Origin: the human T2T-CHM13v2.0 reference genome, Homo sapiens
Length of the DNA: 64,000 nucleotides
NCBI RefSeq assembly: GCF_009914755.1
Contig: NC_060925.1
Reading direction: 5' to 3' (one strand)
Below the pieces are notes generated by a model. That model was given only the letters and a program-made list of their open reading frames with translations, searched no databases and had not been told where the DNA came from. The stretch's first letter is position 1; each line of letters starts with the position of its first letter. Position numbers and translations under genes: made by a program. This document shows positions 15,241 to 33,533 of the stretch, one piece after another.

Positions 15241-15281
15241 CACAAACACATTTTATACATTTCAGTTAGAAAAATGGCTTA
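15241..15281 (-). other. Candidate 41-nt micro-exon B (paralog of A, stops in all frames)
   Basis: tgtttttcttcag|TAAGCCATTTTTCTAACTGAAATG...TTTGTG|gtgagt. Confidence 0.45.
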
Positions 15282-15297
15282 CTGAAGAAAAACATTG

Positions 15298-17012
15298 CTT
15301 GCCTATTTTTAGTTTTGTTTCAACTGCTTTTGAAGAATTTGTCATGAAATCTTTGCCAAATGGTACTTCATAAGTTTTCTTCTAGGGTTTTTACAGTTTT
15401 AGGTCTTATATTTAAGTCTTTAATCCACCTTGAGTTGATTTTCACATATGGTGAAAGGGAAGTGTCAATTTTCAATCTTCTGCATATGACTATCTGGTTA
15501 TCCCAGCACCATTTAATGAATAGGGAATCCTTTTCCCATTGCTTTTGTCAACACTGTCGAAGATCAGACTATTTTGACAAAGTCTCCAAAAGCAAGTGCA
15601 ACAAAAACAAAAATATACAAGTGAGACCTAATTCAACTAAATAACTTCTGCACAGCAAAAGAAACTATCAACAGAGTAAACAGAGAAACTACAGAATGGG
15701 AGAAAATGTTTGCAAGCCATGTATTCAATAAAGGTCTAATATCCAGAATCTATAAGAAACTTAATAAGCAGAAACTAAACAACCCCACTAAAAAATGGGC
15801 AAAGGAGATGGACAGATACTTATTAAAAGAAGATATACACACAGCCAGCAAACATATGAAAAAATGCTCAACATCACTAATCATTAGAGAAATGAAAATC
15901 AAAACCACAATGAGATACCATCTCCCACCAGTCAGAATGGTGATTATTAAAAAGTAAAAAAGTGGGCTGGGCGTGGTGGCTCATGCCTGTAATCCCAACA
16001 CTGGGAGGCCGAGCTGGGAGGGTCACTTGAGGTCAGGAGTTTGAGACCAGCCTGGTCAACATAATGAAACCCCTCTCTACTAAAAATACAAAAAATAACT
16101 GGGCATGGTGTTGGGCACCTGTAGTCCCAGCTACTCAGGAGACTGAGGCAGGAGAATCACTAGAACATGGGAGGCGGAGGTTGCAGTGAGCCAAGATCAC
16201 ACCACTGTACTCCAGCCTGGGTGACAGAGCAAGACTCCATCTCAAACACAAAAACCCAAAACAAGTAAATGGATAGCAGGTGCTGGAAGCCAGTTTCTCT
16301 CAGAAAGAGGGAAGTTACAGACATACAAGTACAGAAGGCTAAAGTAAACTACATCATGTTGGAGTAGTGTTAGAAAAAAAAGTAAAAAAAAACAGATGCT
16401 GATGAGGTTGCAAAGAAAAGGGAATGATTATACACTACTGATGGGAATGTAAATTAATTCAGCCACTGTGGCAAGCAGTTTGGAGATTTGTCAAAGAACT
16501 TCAAATGGAGCTACCATTCAACCCAGGAATCCTATTACTGGATATATACCCAAAGGAATATAAATCATTCTATAATAAAGACATGTGTGCACACATTTAT
16601 CTCAGCACTATTCACAATAGCAAAGACATGGAATCAACCTAGGTGCCCATCAGTGGTAGACCAGATAAAGGTAATGTGGTACATATACACCATGGAATAC
16701 TACAGAACCATAAAAAAGAATGAAATCATGTCCTTTGCAACAACATAGATGCAGCTGGAGGCCAGTGTTCTAAGCAAATTAATGTAGGAACAGAAAACCA
16801 AATATGACATGTTCTCACTTATAAGGGGGAGCTAAACATTGGACACTCATGGACATAAGGATGGCAACAAAAGACACTGGGAACTACTGAAGTGGAGAGG
16901 GAGGGAGGAAGGCAAGGTTGAAAAATTGTTGAATACTTTGCTCACTACCTGGGTAACAAGATAATTCATATTCTGAACCTTAGCATTACACAATATATCC
17001 ACATGACATACT
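15298..17012 (+). mobile_element. L1PA/PB 3' end with inverted 5' segment (15298-15568 on minus strand)
   Basis: An antisense ORF2 piece is followed by sense ORF2 C-terminus (15706..15957, 16488..16748) and 3'UTR. Confidence 0.85.
15965..16264 (+). mobile_element. AluS-like SINE nested in L1
   Basis: ggctgggcgtggtggctcatgcctgtaatccc...gactccatctc plus A-rich tail. Confidence 0.95.
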
Positions 17013-17014
17013 TC

Positions 17015-19194
17015 TTTTCAACATATTAATAAAGGTCCCAGCCAGAGCTATTAGATAAGAAAAAGAAATGAAAGACACCTAAATTGGAAAGAATGAAGTA
17101 AAATTATCTGTTTGTAGGTGACATAATCATATATGTAAAAACTCTAATGACTAGTAAAAAAATTTTAGAATTAATAAATTTAGTAAAGTTGCAGGATTCA
17201 GATTTTACATACAAAACACACTTGCGCTTCTATACACTGACAAAAATTGACACATAAAAAATTATGAAATAAAAGCCCATTTGAAATAACATCAAAAGGA
17301 ATAAAATACTTAGGAATAAATGTGACTTGGAGGTAAAATATTTATACCTTAAAAAGTATAAAGCATTGATGTGAAAAAATTAAAGAAGATCTGAGTAGCC
17401 AAAGCAATATTTAGCAAGATAAAAGCTGACATCACACTCCCTGATTTCAAAATATAAAGATACAATAATTAAAACAGTATGGTACCACCATAAAAACAGA
17501 ACATATAGACCAGTGGAACAGAATAGAGACCCCAGAAGTAAATTTACACATTTACTATCAACTGATGTTTGATAATGATGCCAATAAAAACAATGTGAAA
17601 TGGAGAGACTCTTCAAAAAATGATGTTGGAAAAACTATTCCTGCATGTAGCATAAGTAAATTGGACCTTTATCTCTCATCATGTACAAAGATGAACTAAA
17701 AATGGATTAAAGGCTTAAATGTAAGAACCGAAACCATAATACCGCTAGAAGATACTATAGGAAAAAGCCTTTTGACATTGGTCTGGGCAATGATTTTTTA
17801 GAATGACATCAAACACAAAAGCAACGAAAGCAAAGATAAGTAAGGCTACATCAAATTAAGAAGCTTCTGCGCAGCAAAGGAAATAATCAAATGAAAAGTC
17901 AATGTATGGAATGGAAGAAAATATTTGCAAGTCACATTTCTAATAAGGGATTCGTATTCAAAATATATAAGGAACTCATTCAACTCAAGAGCAGAATGCC
18001 AAAACACTCAATTAAAAAACGAGTAAAGAGCCTGAATTTATATTTTTCAAAAGAAGACATGCAATTGGCTAAGAGGCGTATGAAAAAGTTCTCAATACCA
18101 CTAATCATCAGGGAAATGCAAATCAAAGCCACAACAACATATCATCTTACACATGTTCTAACGGCTATCATAAAAAAGAAATAACAAATGTTGGAGAGGA
18201 TGTAAAGAAAATGCTTGTATACTGTTGGTGGGAATGTACCTTGGTACAGCCATTATGGAACAGTATGGAGGTTCCTCAAGAAATTAACAATACAGTTGCC
18301 TTATGATCCAGCAATTGCACTTCTGACTACATATCTATCCAAAGGCAATAATACTGGTATGTTGAAGAGATATTTGCACCCCCATGTTCACTGCAGCAGT
18401 ATTCACAGTGGCCAAGATATGGAAAAAAATCTAAATGTCCATCAATGAATGAATGGAAAAAGCAAATATGGTGTATATATATAATGAAGTATTATTCAGC
18501 CTTAAAAAAGAAAAAAATCCTGCCATTTGTGGCAACATGGATGAAACTGGAGGACATTATGCTAAGTGAAATAAGCCAGTCAGAGAAAGACAAATACTGC
18601 ATAATCACATTTATATGTGTAATTTCAAATATTCGAGCTTGATATATCAAACTGAATTTTGTAAGGTGATCTTTGAGAGGGGATTTCCTTCACTTAGGAG
18701 TTTGACTGATACTTTGGTGTTCATGCTGCTGTTTATGGCTGCAGTGACTTACCTTGTCTTGTCTTGATGCTGCTGATGTGACTCACCCACTGTGAGTGAG
18801 CTGGTTGCTACTTAAGCTCTATCTTGCTGTCTCAGAGGCAGAGGGTAGAATGGTGTTTGGCAGGGGCTGGAAAGAGGAGCAAATGGGTTGATGTTTGTCA
18901 AAGGGCACACATTTTCAGTGATGCAAGATAAGTAAGATTTCGAACAATGTAACTATAGTTAGCAATGCTGTATTGTATACTTGAAATTTGCTGACAGGGT
19001 AGTTCTTATGTGTTTTTATTCACCCAAAAGAAAAAGATAACTATGTGAGGGGATTGATTGAGGTGATTTACATGTTAGTTAGCTTGATTGTGATGATTAT
19101 TCCATAGTATATATGTATACCAGAATGTCAAGTTGTACACCTTAAATATACACAGGTTTTATTTGTCAATTATACCTCAATAAAACTGTAGAAA
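17015..19194 (+). mobile_element. Old L1M (L1MA/MB-like) ORF2 3' half and 3'UTR
   Basis: ORF2 remnants at 17891..18642; ends tatacctcaataaaactg; interrupted at about 18645-18832. Confidence 0.85.
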
Positions 19195-19385
19195 GTACCA
19201 AATTGAATTTCGTAAGGTTATCTTTGAGAGGAGATTTCCTTCACTTAGGAGTTTCACTGATACTTTGATTTTCATGCTACTGGTTTATTGCTGCAGTGAC
19301 TTGCCTTGGCTTGACTTTACGCTGATGTGAATCACTCACTGTGAGAGCTGGTTGTTACTTCAGTTCTGTCCTGTTCTTTTCTCAC
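18645..19385. repeat. Direct repeat of about 190 bp (18645-18832 and 19196-19385)
   Basis: Both copies read aa(c/t)tgaattt(t/c)gtaaggt(g/t)atctttgagagg(g/a)gatttccttcacttaggagttt...gagctggttg; roughly 80% identical by eye. Confidence 0.9.
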
Positions 19386-20229
19386 CTCACAGCAGCACTG
19401 GTTACCAAGGTGGTGTTTCTGAGAAATTGGAGGGAGCAAGGAAATGTTAAAAATCTGGATTGATTAAGTCATATTTGGGCGATTAGTCTAATACTTCTCT
19501 TCCAACTGGGCAGTGGCAGTCCCAGGTTCTATTCCGTAATTTAAAAAAATCTTATTTTCCTATTTTATTGACTCCTCTTTTGTGTCAAGAAGGGATGTTT
19601 GCTGCTGGCCAGTTTTAGGAAAGTTCATTAAGATAAACATCTTGAGTCTCATAATTAGTTTAGAGGCAGATAGATCCTGGGAAAGGCAGATAAAGAAAAT
19701 AAGTTTGCCTTCTCTTTTGTCAGCTTGGTTGTAGCTACTAACAGAAATGGAACTTAGGGAAAGTATGTCCACATTCAGAATAAGAGCAAAGGATACTAAT
19801 TTCTCTTTAAGACAATGAGACAATGATTCGTCCTGATTTTTCCTTATGATCAGCATCATTTAAACTGATCTTCCTCAGATTTATAGTGCTGTCTTCTTCA
19901 GAGGCTTAGTGTCAATGGACTGCAGTATGATGATGTGGAGGCAGTTTATGACAGAAAAGACACATTTGTACTCTACTAGGGGGCATCTGTCTATATTATA
20001 AGGAGCATGTTTCTTAGAATAGCAAAATTTCTGGTCAGCTCTGATTGCCAGTGTTTCAGCTACACATTTTTATTTTTACTTGATCCCCCAAGAGAAGGTT
20101 ATGTGGAGGATGCTTGTAATTCCTCCTCAACAAGAGGGAGAATAGGCATAGCTGCTACAGTCCTCTTTTCAGTAACTAGTTATAAAGCTATAAATAACAG
20201 TTACACTTAATACTCCCTGCTCCAGATTC

Positions 20230-21625
20230 CCTTTTCCCTCAGCCATTCCTCTCTATGTTGGGATTATTTTTTTATCTGGTAAGAAGACTCAAATCTGAAT
20301 TCCTAAAGCATCTGAGTCTTTAGCGACCCTGCCTTCATTGCATCCCTGTGGTCTTTAATTAATATCTGCTACTGAACTTGAAGTAATTACATGTTTCTCA
20401 GAGAACTCCTTGGATTTTAGGCATAATTCTCTCTACCTTGATGGTGTTTATTTCCACTTGATAGCTGGAATCAATCCCTTTTTATTGACCAGTTGATTCA
20501 GTGGCACTGGGAGCCTAACTTGGCCAGGTGGCAGTCTCAACTTCCATGTCACCAGGACAGATGTTGCCTACTTATGTGAAGTCACTCCTTTCTTGGGAAG
20601 CCTTTTAGACTGACAGACCTCAGACTCGTGGGAGTGAGAAACAAGAGTATATAATAAATAGATTGTTGAATATGATAGTAAAAGAAACCACTCCCACTTT
20701 TATCTCTCTAGTCTTGAAATTATGCATTTTGGTCATGAAACTAAAAATCACCACATATAAGTCATCGATCCAAATAAAGGACTGCATTTTATGGGGTTTT
20801 TGCAGCCTTGCAGATGGTGCTTTTCAACTAGCAACATGTTTTTAGTAGGATATTCCAATGATCCAGATGAACAGCTGCTTCTATATAAAGAAATATATAT
20901 ATATATAGTAATATTGGTCAATTCCCTAAGTAAGAGCTCTTCACTGTACTTTTTTTTGTGGCAAAATTAGTTCCTTGATCAGAAACCATTTTGCACAGAA
21001 TAGCATAATGACAATACAAATGTTGTCATATGTCTGTGCTTGACGATGCTGGCAGAAGCGCTGCAGCCAAGGAAGGCATAGTCACATATAGGATAATTGT
21101 CTAATCCAGTGGAAAAAAATGCTCTTCTCTCTCTGGTGGAAGAGGTCCAATATAATCAATCAGTGGAGAATGCGTGCCAATCTGGGACTTAATATATAAT
21201 CACTATCATTGACATTTGGGTAATGAGTTGTTTCAGCAGGCAGAGAAGCTGTGGGAAGAGAAAATCCATTTTGTTGACCTCATGCATAACCTCTAGCCCA
21301 TCACCATGGCTGTTTTGTACATGAGTCCATTAAACAAGCACCAGAGTTGCTCAAAGAGTGACTGACATTCACAGGATGGGACACCTTGTGATTCGACCAT
21401 AGAAAGCTTCCTCTCCAATAGGCAACTTTGTATAATGATGTAAATAATTCATGACTATATCATACTTTGTGCTCATTCTGAAAGTTATATTAACACGTTT
21501 CCCAGACTTCATTTACTAACCTTTCAACTTGATTTATGCAAAGATTCTGACCAGCTGACAAACCCATCAGCTCATGTTAATGGGCTAGTGTATATGTTTA
21601 TGGTCAATTAGTGTCTTATTATCAG
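20230..21625 (-). mobile_element. ERVL-class internal relic (integrase N-terminus and dUTPase-like region)
   Basis: Minus strand reads WKLRLPPGQVRLPVPLNQ near 20545-20490, like HERV-L WKLRLPPGHFGLL. An integrase HHCC-start remnant lies near 21260-21350. Confidence 0.75.
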
Positions 21626-21629
21626 GCAT

Positions 21630-23406
21630 CTCTTTTTATTTGTATAAATTTATTCAGTACAAGTACAATTTTGTTACATGCATAGATTTCATAGTGGTGA
21701 AGTCAGGAGTTTTAAGGTATCACCCTAATAAAGTACATCATAATCATTAAGTGATTTATCATCATCCACTCCCTCCAACCCCCTCACCCTTCTGAGTCTC
21801 CATTGTGTATCATTCCATACCTGATGTCCATTGGTATACATTATTTATTAATAGCTCCCACTTATAAGTGAGAATATGTGGTATTTGTCTTTCTGTGTCT
21901 GACTCGTTTCACTAAAGCCTTCAGTGTCATCCATGTTGCTACAGAAAATGTGATTTCATTATTTTTTTATGGCTGAATGGTGTTCCATTTTGTATATATG
22001 CCACATTTTATTTCTCCAGTCATCTGTTGATAGACACTTAGGTTTAGTCCATACCTTGGTTATTGTGAATAGAACAGCAATAAACATATGAGTGCAGGTA
22101 TCTTCTTGATATATAGATTTCTTTTCCTTTGGGTAGATACCCAATAGCGGGATTGCTGGATCAAATAGTAGTTCTGTCTTCAGTTCTTTGAGAATTCTCC
22201 ATAGTGTTTTCCAAAGAGGTTGTAGTAATTTACATTCCCGCCAACAGTATATGAGCTCCCTTATTCCTGCATTCTTGCCAACATCTGTTATTATTTTTTT
22301 ATTTTTATTTTTTTGAGACAGAGTCTCGCTTTGTCTCCCAGGCTGGAGTGCAGTGGGGCGATCTTGTCTCACTGTAACTTCTGCCTCCCGGGTCAAGCAA
22401 TTTTTCTGCCTCAGCCTCCCGAGCAGCTGGGACTACAGGCATGCACTACCATGCTTGGCTAATTTTTGTATTTTTTGGTAGAGATGGGGTTTTGCCATGT
22501 TGGGCAGGCTGGTCTGAAACTCCTGACATCAGGTGATCCACCTGCCTCAGCCTCCCAAAGTGCGTAGTAATAGCTATTCTGACTGGGCCAAGATGATATA
22601 ACATTGTGATTTTAATTTGCATTTCCCTGATGATTATTGATGCTGAGTATTATTTCTTATACTTGTGTGTCTTCTTTTGAAAAATATCTATTCATATCCT
22701 TTGGCCACTTATTAATGATATCATTCATTGTTTTAGTTGTTGTTCAGTTGTTTGAGTTCCTTATATATTCTGGATATTAGGCCCTTGTCACATGGATAGT
22801 TTGCAAATATTTTGACCCATCCTGCAGATTGTGTCTTTATTCTGTTGATTATTTCTTTTGCTGGGCAGAAGAGTTTTAGTTTAATAAAGTCCCATTTGTC
22901 TGTTTTTGTTTTTGTTGTATTTGCTTTTGAGGACTTGCTCAAAAATTCTTTGCTTAGGCCAATGTCTAGTAGAGTTTTTTCTAGGTATTATTCTAGGATT
23001 TTTATTGTTTCACCTTTTATGGTTAGGTCTTTAATCTATTTTGAGTTAATTTGTGTTACTGTTGAGAGATAGGGGTCCAGTTTCATTCTTCTGCATATGG
23101 CTATCTAATTTTCCAAGTACCATTGATCGAATAATGGTGTCCTTTCCCCAGCGTATGTTCTCATCAAATTTGTCAAAGACCAATTGGCTGTAAATGTGTA
23201 GCTCTTTTTCTGTGTTCTCTATTCTGTTCCATTGACTTATGTGTCTATTTTTATACCAATACCATGCGTTTTTGGTTCCTAGAGCCTTTTAAAATAATTT
23301 GAAGCCCGGAAATGGGATTCCTCCAGCTTTGTTCTTTTTGCTTAGAATTGCTTTGGCTACTTGGGCATTTTTGGGGGGCTCCATATGAATTTTAGATTTT
23401 TAAAAC
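21630..23406 (-). mobile_element. L1MA-like 3' fragment with nested Alu (about 22295-22563)
   Basis: Antisense ORF2 C-terminus ([14 protein letters not shown] in ORF 21959..22396) and 3'UTR. Confidence 0.85.
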
Positions 23407-28735
<5,329 letters not shown>

Positions 28736-28739
28736 GGGG

Positions 28740-31700
28740 GTAGCAGCTCATCCAGGGTGAACTCACACATGTTTCAGGCAACTTAAATTCTCTTTTCTTA
28801 TGCTAAATTATTTATAGAGTTAGCCCATAACAGCAAAAGATAATGTTTCTTAGACCTCCCTTCTACTTGATCTATTCAACTGGCTGAGGGCCTTTGGGGA
28901 CCACAAGCATTAGAATATGTTCTACATCCTGAACCTCCATTGATGGGACCCCAAGCTTGATGGACATTTCTTCAGCATCAATTTGCTTGCCATGGACCCC
29001 AAATAAATTCTCAACCCCAATCGTTGATATAACCCCTGGAATCTTCCTTCATGGAGACACCCCACAAACCTTGGTACTGTCAACTCTGTGATGTTTGGGA
29101 ACCTCCTTAGTCCTGCAAAAAACTGCCAGAAGATATGGCCCATCTAAACTGGTGGGATGTTAAAGGCCAGAGATGAGATCCAGGAACCAAAGGAAAGATC
29201 ATAGTTGGCCATTGCCTCTGAAGGGAAAACATACAAAGTGGTGCTGTTGCCCACCTAAGGTCAGAGACATGTGAAAATCTAAGATGGGACCCTAAAAGGG
29301 TACACCTGGGGGTCCAATGTGAAACCAAAGACTTCCCCAGAGGGACACCCCAGGCAGAAACTTTGGGTCAATAAATAAGCCCTCCTTAGGCTTTTTTTCT
29401 TAGAATCTTTTTTATTCCTTACCATCATGGGAAACACTGCATCTATTCTACCTGATTCTGCACTTGGCTGCATCCTCAACCATTGGAATCCGTTTGACCC
29501 TGATAATCTAAGCAGGAAATGCTTGATACTCTTTTGCAGTACTGTTTGGCTTCAATATTGTTAGGAATCTGGAGTTTGCTGTTGAATGGGAAAGTGGAAT
29601 GAAGTTGCACATATCCAGACTTTTGTGCTGCTGTTCTAAGCAGGGTCGGGCTGTGCATAGAGTTACACCCTATGCAACTGTGATGCTCTCTTTTGGTGCT
29701 GTTGGTCCTCAGTGTTCTTTGGAGTCTAGGGAGGTTTGGCCTTTAAAAATCAAACTTTCATAGAAGCTGCTTTACCTAAAATTTTGATTCACAGTCTTTG
29801 TGGGATTACCTATTGGGGCAAACAAAGTGTAACCATGTAAAACTGGTGAGCTTGTATTGTTATCTTACAGCTAAAGTTCCAAGGCAAAAGCTACTGGATC
29901 TTCATTTTTGTGTGTGTATACATGTCTAGATGTGTTTATTTGCATGTACACTTATTGTTGTGGCTACCAAATTGGCTTGTAAGCAGAAGAGCACTCATAA
30001 ACTAAGTAAATAAGTGCAAGCAATTTTCAAGTTCATATGACTTAAGTATCTTAAGTATATCTTCAGTAAAGTATATCTTTACTGAACAAGCTGGTTTTAA
30101 AATTATCAGTAAAATAAAAATAGAAATGTCTTCAGAATTGTAAACATACATTTTTTCTGGGTTTTATATATGTCTTTGCTAGATATTTTGAGTTGTCAGT
30201 GTTTGGCATAGAAGGTAATAAACCTATTAACTCAGCCAAAACAAAATCATCTTGATTTGTGTGCCTTCTTTGACAAATGAGAATAGTTTAATGTTGTTAG
30301 CTAAATTTTTTGAGTTATCAGCAAAAATACCTACGTATTTAACTTTGAGGCTTTTATTTAGGTGAGCATATGATGTTCATTGGCTATTTTAAAAAAATGG
30401 TTAACAAGAAAATAACTAACCTTAAATGATGGTGTCTAATATCTCGGTTTTCAGAAGTAATCTAGATAAACTGTTAAAAATGAAAAAAATTGAGTACATG
30501 TAAATGGGATAAATGTTTTAGGTGAACTTTTGTGTAAATTAAAATTCTAAAATTATTTTTATGCTTATTGGATATCTGGGTTATTTCCAGTTTCAAAAGG
30601 ATTGTGATATGAGGAAATATGTCTCTAAAATTGTGAAATTGTTCTCATCTATAAAAATGATCATATCTGATAGTTCAGGATTTCTTTTTAGGTTTCACCA
30701 AAATTTAATGTTACTAAGGATAAGAATTATAGTTAACACATATTTCTGTATATAAAATGTGCCCAAATTTATGTTATTAGTAAAAAATAATTTTGTGTAA
30801 CTCTGAAGTTATCTAAAAGTTAATTAAAATTATGGACTTTAAAAAGGTTTTGAAACAAAGTAATAAGGAGCTTGTAAGTAAGGGAGAGAGATGTGAAGAA
30901 AGTTATTATATGAAGATGTATTTTTTATAAGGAAGGATATAAAGTTAATAATTTTGTATGAGGAAGGATCTTCCATGGTAGATTTTCTTGTCCTGGAGTA
31001 AAATGACTGGGAAGAAGAAGAAAGAAGGAAGAAGGAAGAAGGAGGAGAAGGAGGAGTAGAGGAAATCTGGGACTTAATGGAAAGCTCAGGCATGTTGTGG
31101 ATGATCTGTATGTCATACATAGTTTTTTTTTTTTCTGTTTTTCTGTGTGTTTATCTTCATGCATATACAGAGAAACTAAAAAGTTGAAACATTTTAGATA
31201 ATAAAATATTCTCTAAAACCTGATAGAGAATTGGAGAAGTATGGCTAATTAACATTTTCATAGTTAAAGCTCTGAGTCTTAAGTAAATTAAAATAAGAAA
31301 TATTGTAAAGAAATACATTGGCAGTTTGACAATTCTTTTTTAATATAGTTAAGCATGAAGTCGGCCTTAATGTACATGCTTACATTGCTTCACATTATGT
31401 CTGCTGTTTTGCATGGATAGTGCTGGCACTAGAGTACTTTCTGGTCATGTGCCTAGAGTAAATTTCTTGATTGCACAGGATGTATGCTAATATCAGTGGA
31501 CTTCATAATATTGAATTGTATAACAGGAATAAAGTATTCACTACATGTTTTGTGGGGGGCTCTGAGTAACACTGTAGCCTCCAGAGTAGACAGAGTAGGA
31601 AAAAGGTTGATGGTTGGTTTTCTGTTTATTTGTTTTTGCTTCTCATTTTCATTTGTTTGCTGTTTGTTCTGTTTGGGGTTTTGCTTGTGTATGCATATAT

Positions 31701-33533
31701 ATTTATATAAAATCATTGATTTTTTTTTTTTTTTAGTTTCTGATGGAAGGCTTTCATTTGGTTCTCTGAATGGTTATTTCATTTCCTGTGCATTTCTAGC
31801 AAGTCAATATTTTTTCCCTTTATCTTGAATTCCTAGGCTATCTTTGTTTGGTGTGCAGAAATTGATGGAGCCTGCCAGCTATTTGGAATTTGGTTGGTTT
31901 TGCTTGCCTCTGGTGATCTAGAGAGCTAAAAAAAATAAAAGACTTAGTTTTATATGATATAAACAGAGAAAGTACATTATATATTTTGTTTTTTGGAGAG
32001 GTGGATGGAGTGGAAATGTTTGAGTAGTGTTTGTTTCCAGGGTCAGCCAGTTGAATCAATGGTTTGAGTTGGTTTTAGAACTTTTCCTCTGATGTATAAA
32101 AACTATAAGTTCCAAATTTGGGGCTCATAGCAAAACCACTTTATGAAGCAACAAGGGAGGCAGAAAATAAGTCAATGGAGTGGACCCCAGAAATGAAGGG
32201 AGCCTTCACCAAGTTAAAACAGGCTCTCAGCCAGGTTCCACCAGTTGGTATCCTGAAACTCACTTAGCCCTTCTCATATCTGGATTGTCTAGGAGCATGG
32301 GCTGGTATTTGATTAACCTTTCCCCTCTCATCCAGATGTGTCCTTTTATTTCTAGGACTGACCTTACTTGATGTGGGGTTAACACATCCAGTGGTTGACC
32401 CAGGGTGATTTTAGTGGTTTCTTCCACAAAAATAGCAGTGGCTACTATTGCCCACAGGCAGCTTGGCCACCCTAAGGCCACTCTGTCCAATTTCTTTGAG
32501 AAGTAGGTGGTTGGCCTGGGTTCTAGGCCTAATATTTTAGTGAGCACATCCACAACTATGCTTTTCTGTTCTGCTACATACAACGAGAAAGGCTAAGTGG
32601 TTGCTTTACAAAATAGAAGGGGACTGGATCTCCTAACTGCTGAAAAAGGTGGCGTATGTCTTTTCCTAGAGGAAGAATGCTGTTTTTATGTCAACCTATC
32701 AGGATTAGTAAGAGATGCCACCCAAAAATTAGCTGACCAGGTCTCTAAAATATGTTGACAGCTGTCTGAGTTATGGGGCTCCTTCCCTTAGTTGGCCCAT
32801 TATTAATAATTATAGTGGCAATGATTTATAGACCATGTTTGTAAATCCTTTAACCAGATTTATTTCTTCTCACCTAGAGACCATTAAGCTTCAAGTGATC
32901 ATGCAGAAGAGCTACCAGCCAGTTTCAGATAATGGCCCTGGTCATTGAGAGGTCACACTGTCTTCATTAGACAGAGAAGGGAGAGCGTTTTGTGATCCTC
33001 AATAGGTAGGGACTGCATACAAATCAGCATGAAGCAGTTACAGAAGAAAGACCATTGATCTCTCTGCCTCCCATAAAAATGTATGGGGCTCACATCTCTC
33101 AGGGGGAAATGAGATAGAATAGAGTCTGCAGACAGGGAGCCTAAGGCCAACCCATGGCTGGCTTCTTCGAATTAAACTGAAGAAAAACTTCAGCCTCTTA
33201 CTGGCCATGGGCCAAGCCCCCATTTCAGCCTCTGGTTGGCTGTGGGTGAATCCTTCATTTGCATAAGGTGTAATCAACTGAAAGCCTCTAAAAAGTACCT
33301 AGGGGTGTTACCAAATTCTTCTAGCTTAATAAAAACCCAAGGAACATTGCAACTGGGGCTCTTGAGCCTCTTGCTCAAGCCTGCTCCCACTCTGTGGCAT
33401 GTACTTTTGCTTCAGTAAATCTGTGCATTCATGTCTTTGTTCTTTCGTTGCTTTGTTTCTGTGTTTTGTCCAATTCCTTGTTCAATAAGTCAAGAACCTG
33501 GATGACTCATAGTCAAGACCCTCCACCAGTAAC
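28740..33533 (+). mobile_element. ERV1 (MER4-group) provirus relic: gag/pol/env fragments and 3' LTR; no 5' LTR seen
   Basis: gag MA remnant MGNTASILPDSALGCILNHWNPFDP at 29427; pol remnant PNLGLIAKPLYEAT at about 32113; env ISD at 32597; polypurine tract agggggaaa followed by an LTR TG...CA at 33110-33533. Confidence 0.85.
32597..32758 (+). pseudogene. ERV env TM-subunit fragment (immunosuppressive domain and CX6CC motif)
   Basis: [53 protein letters not shown]. Confidence 0.9.
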
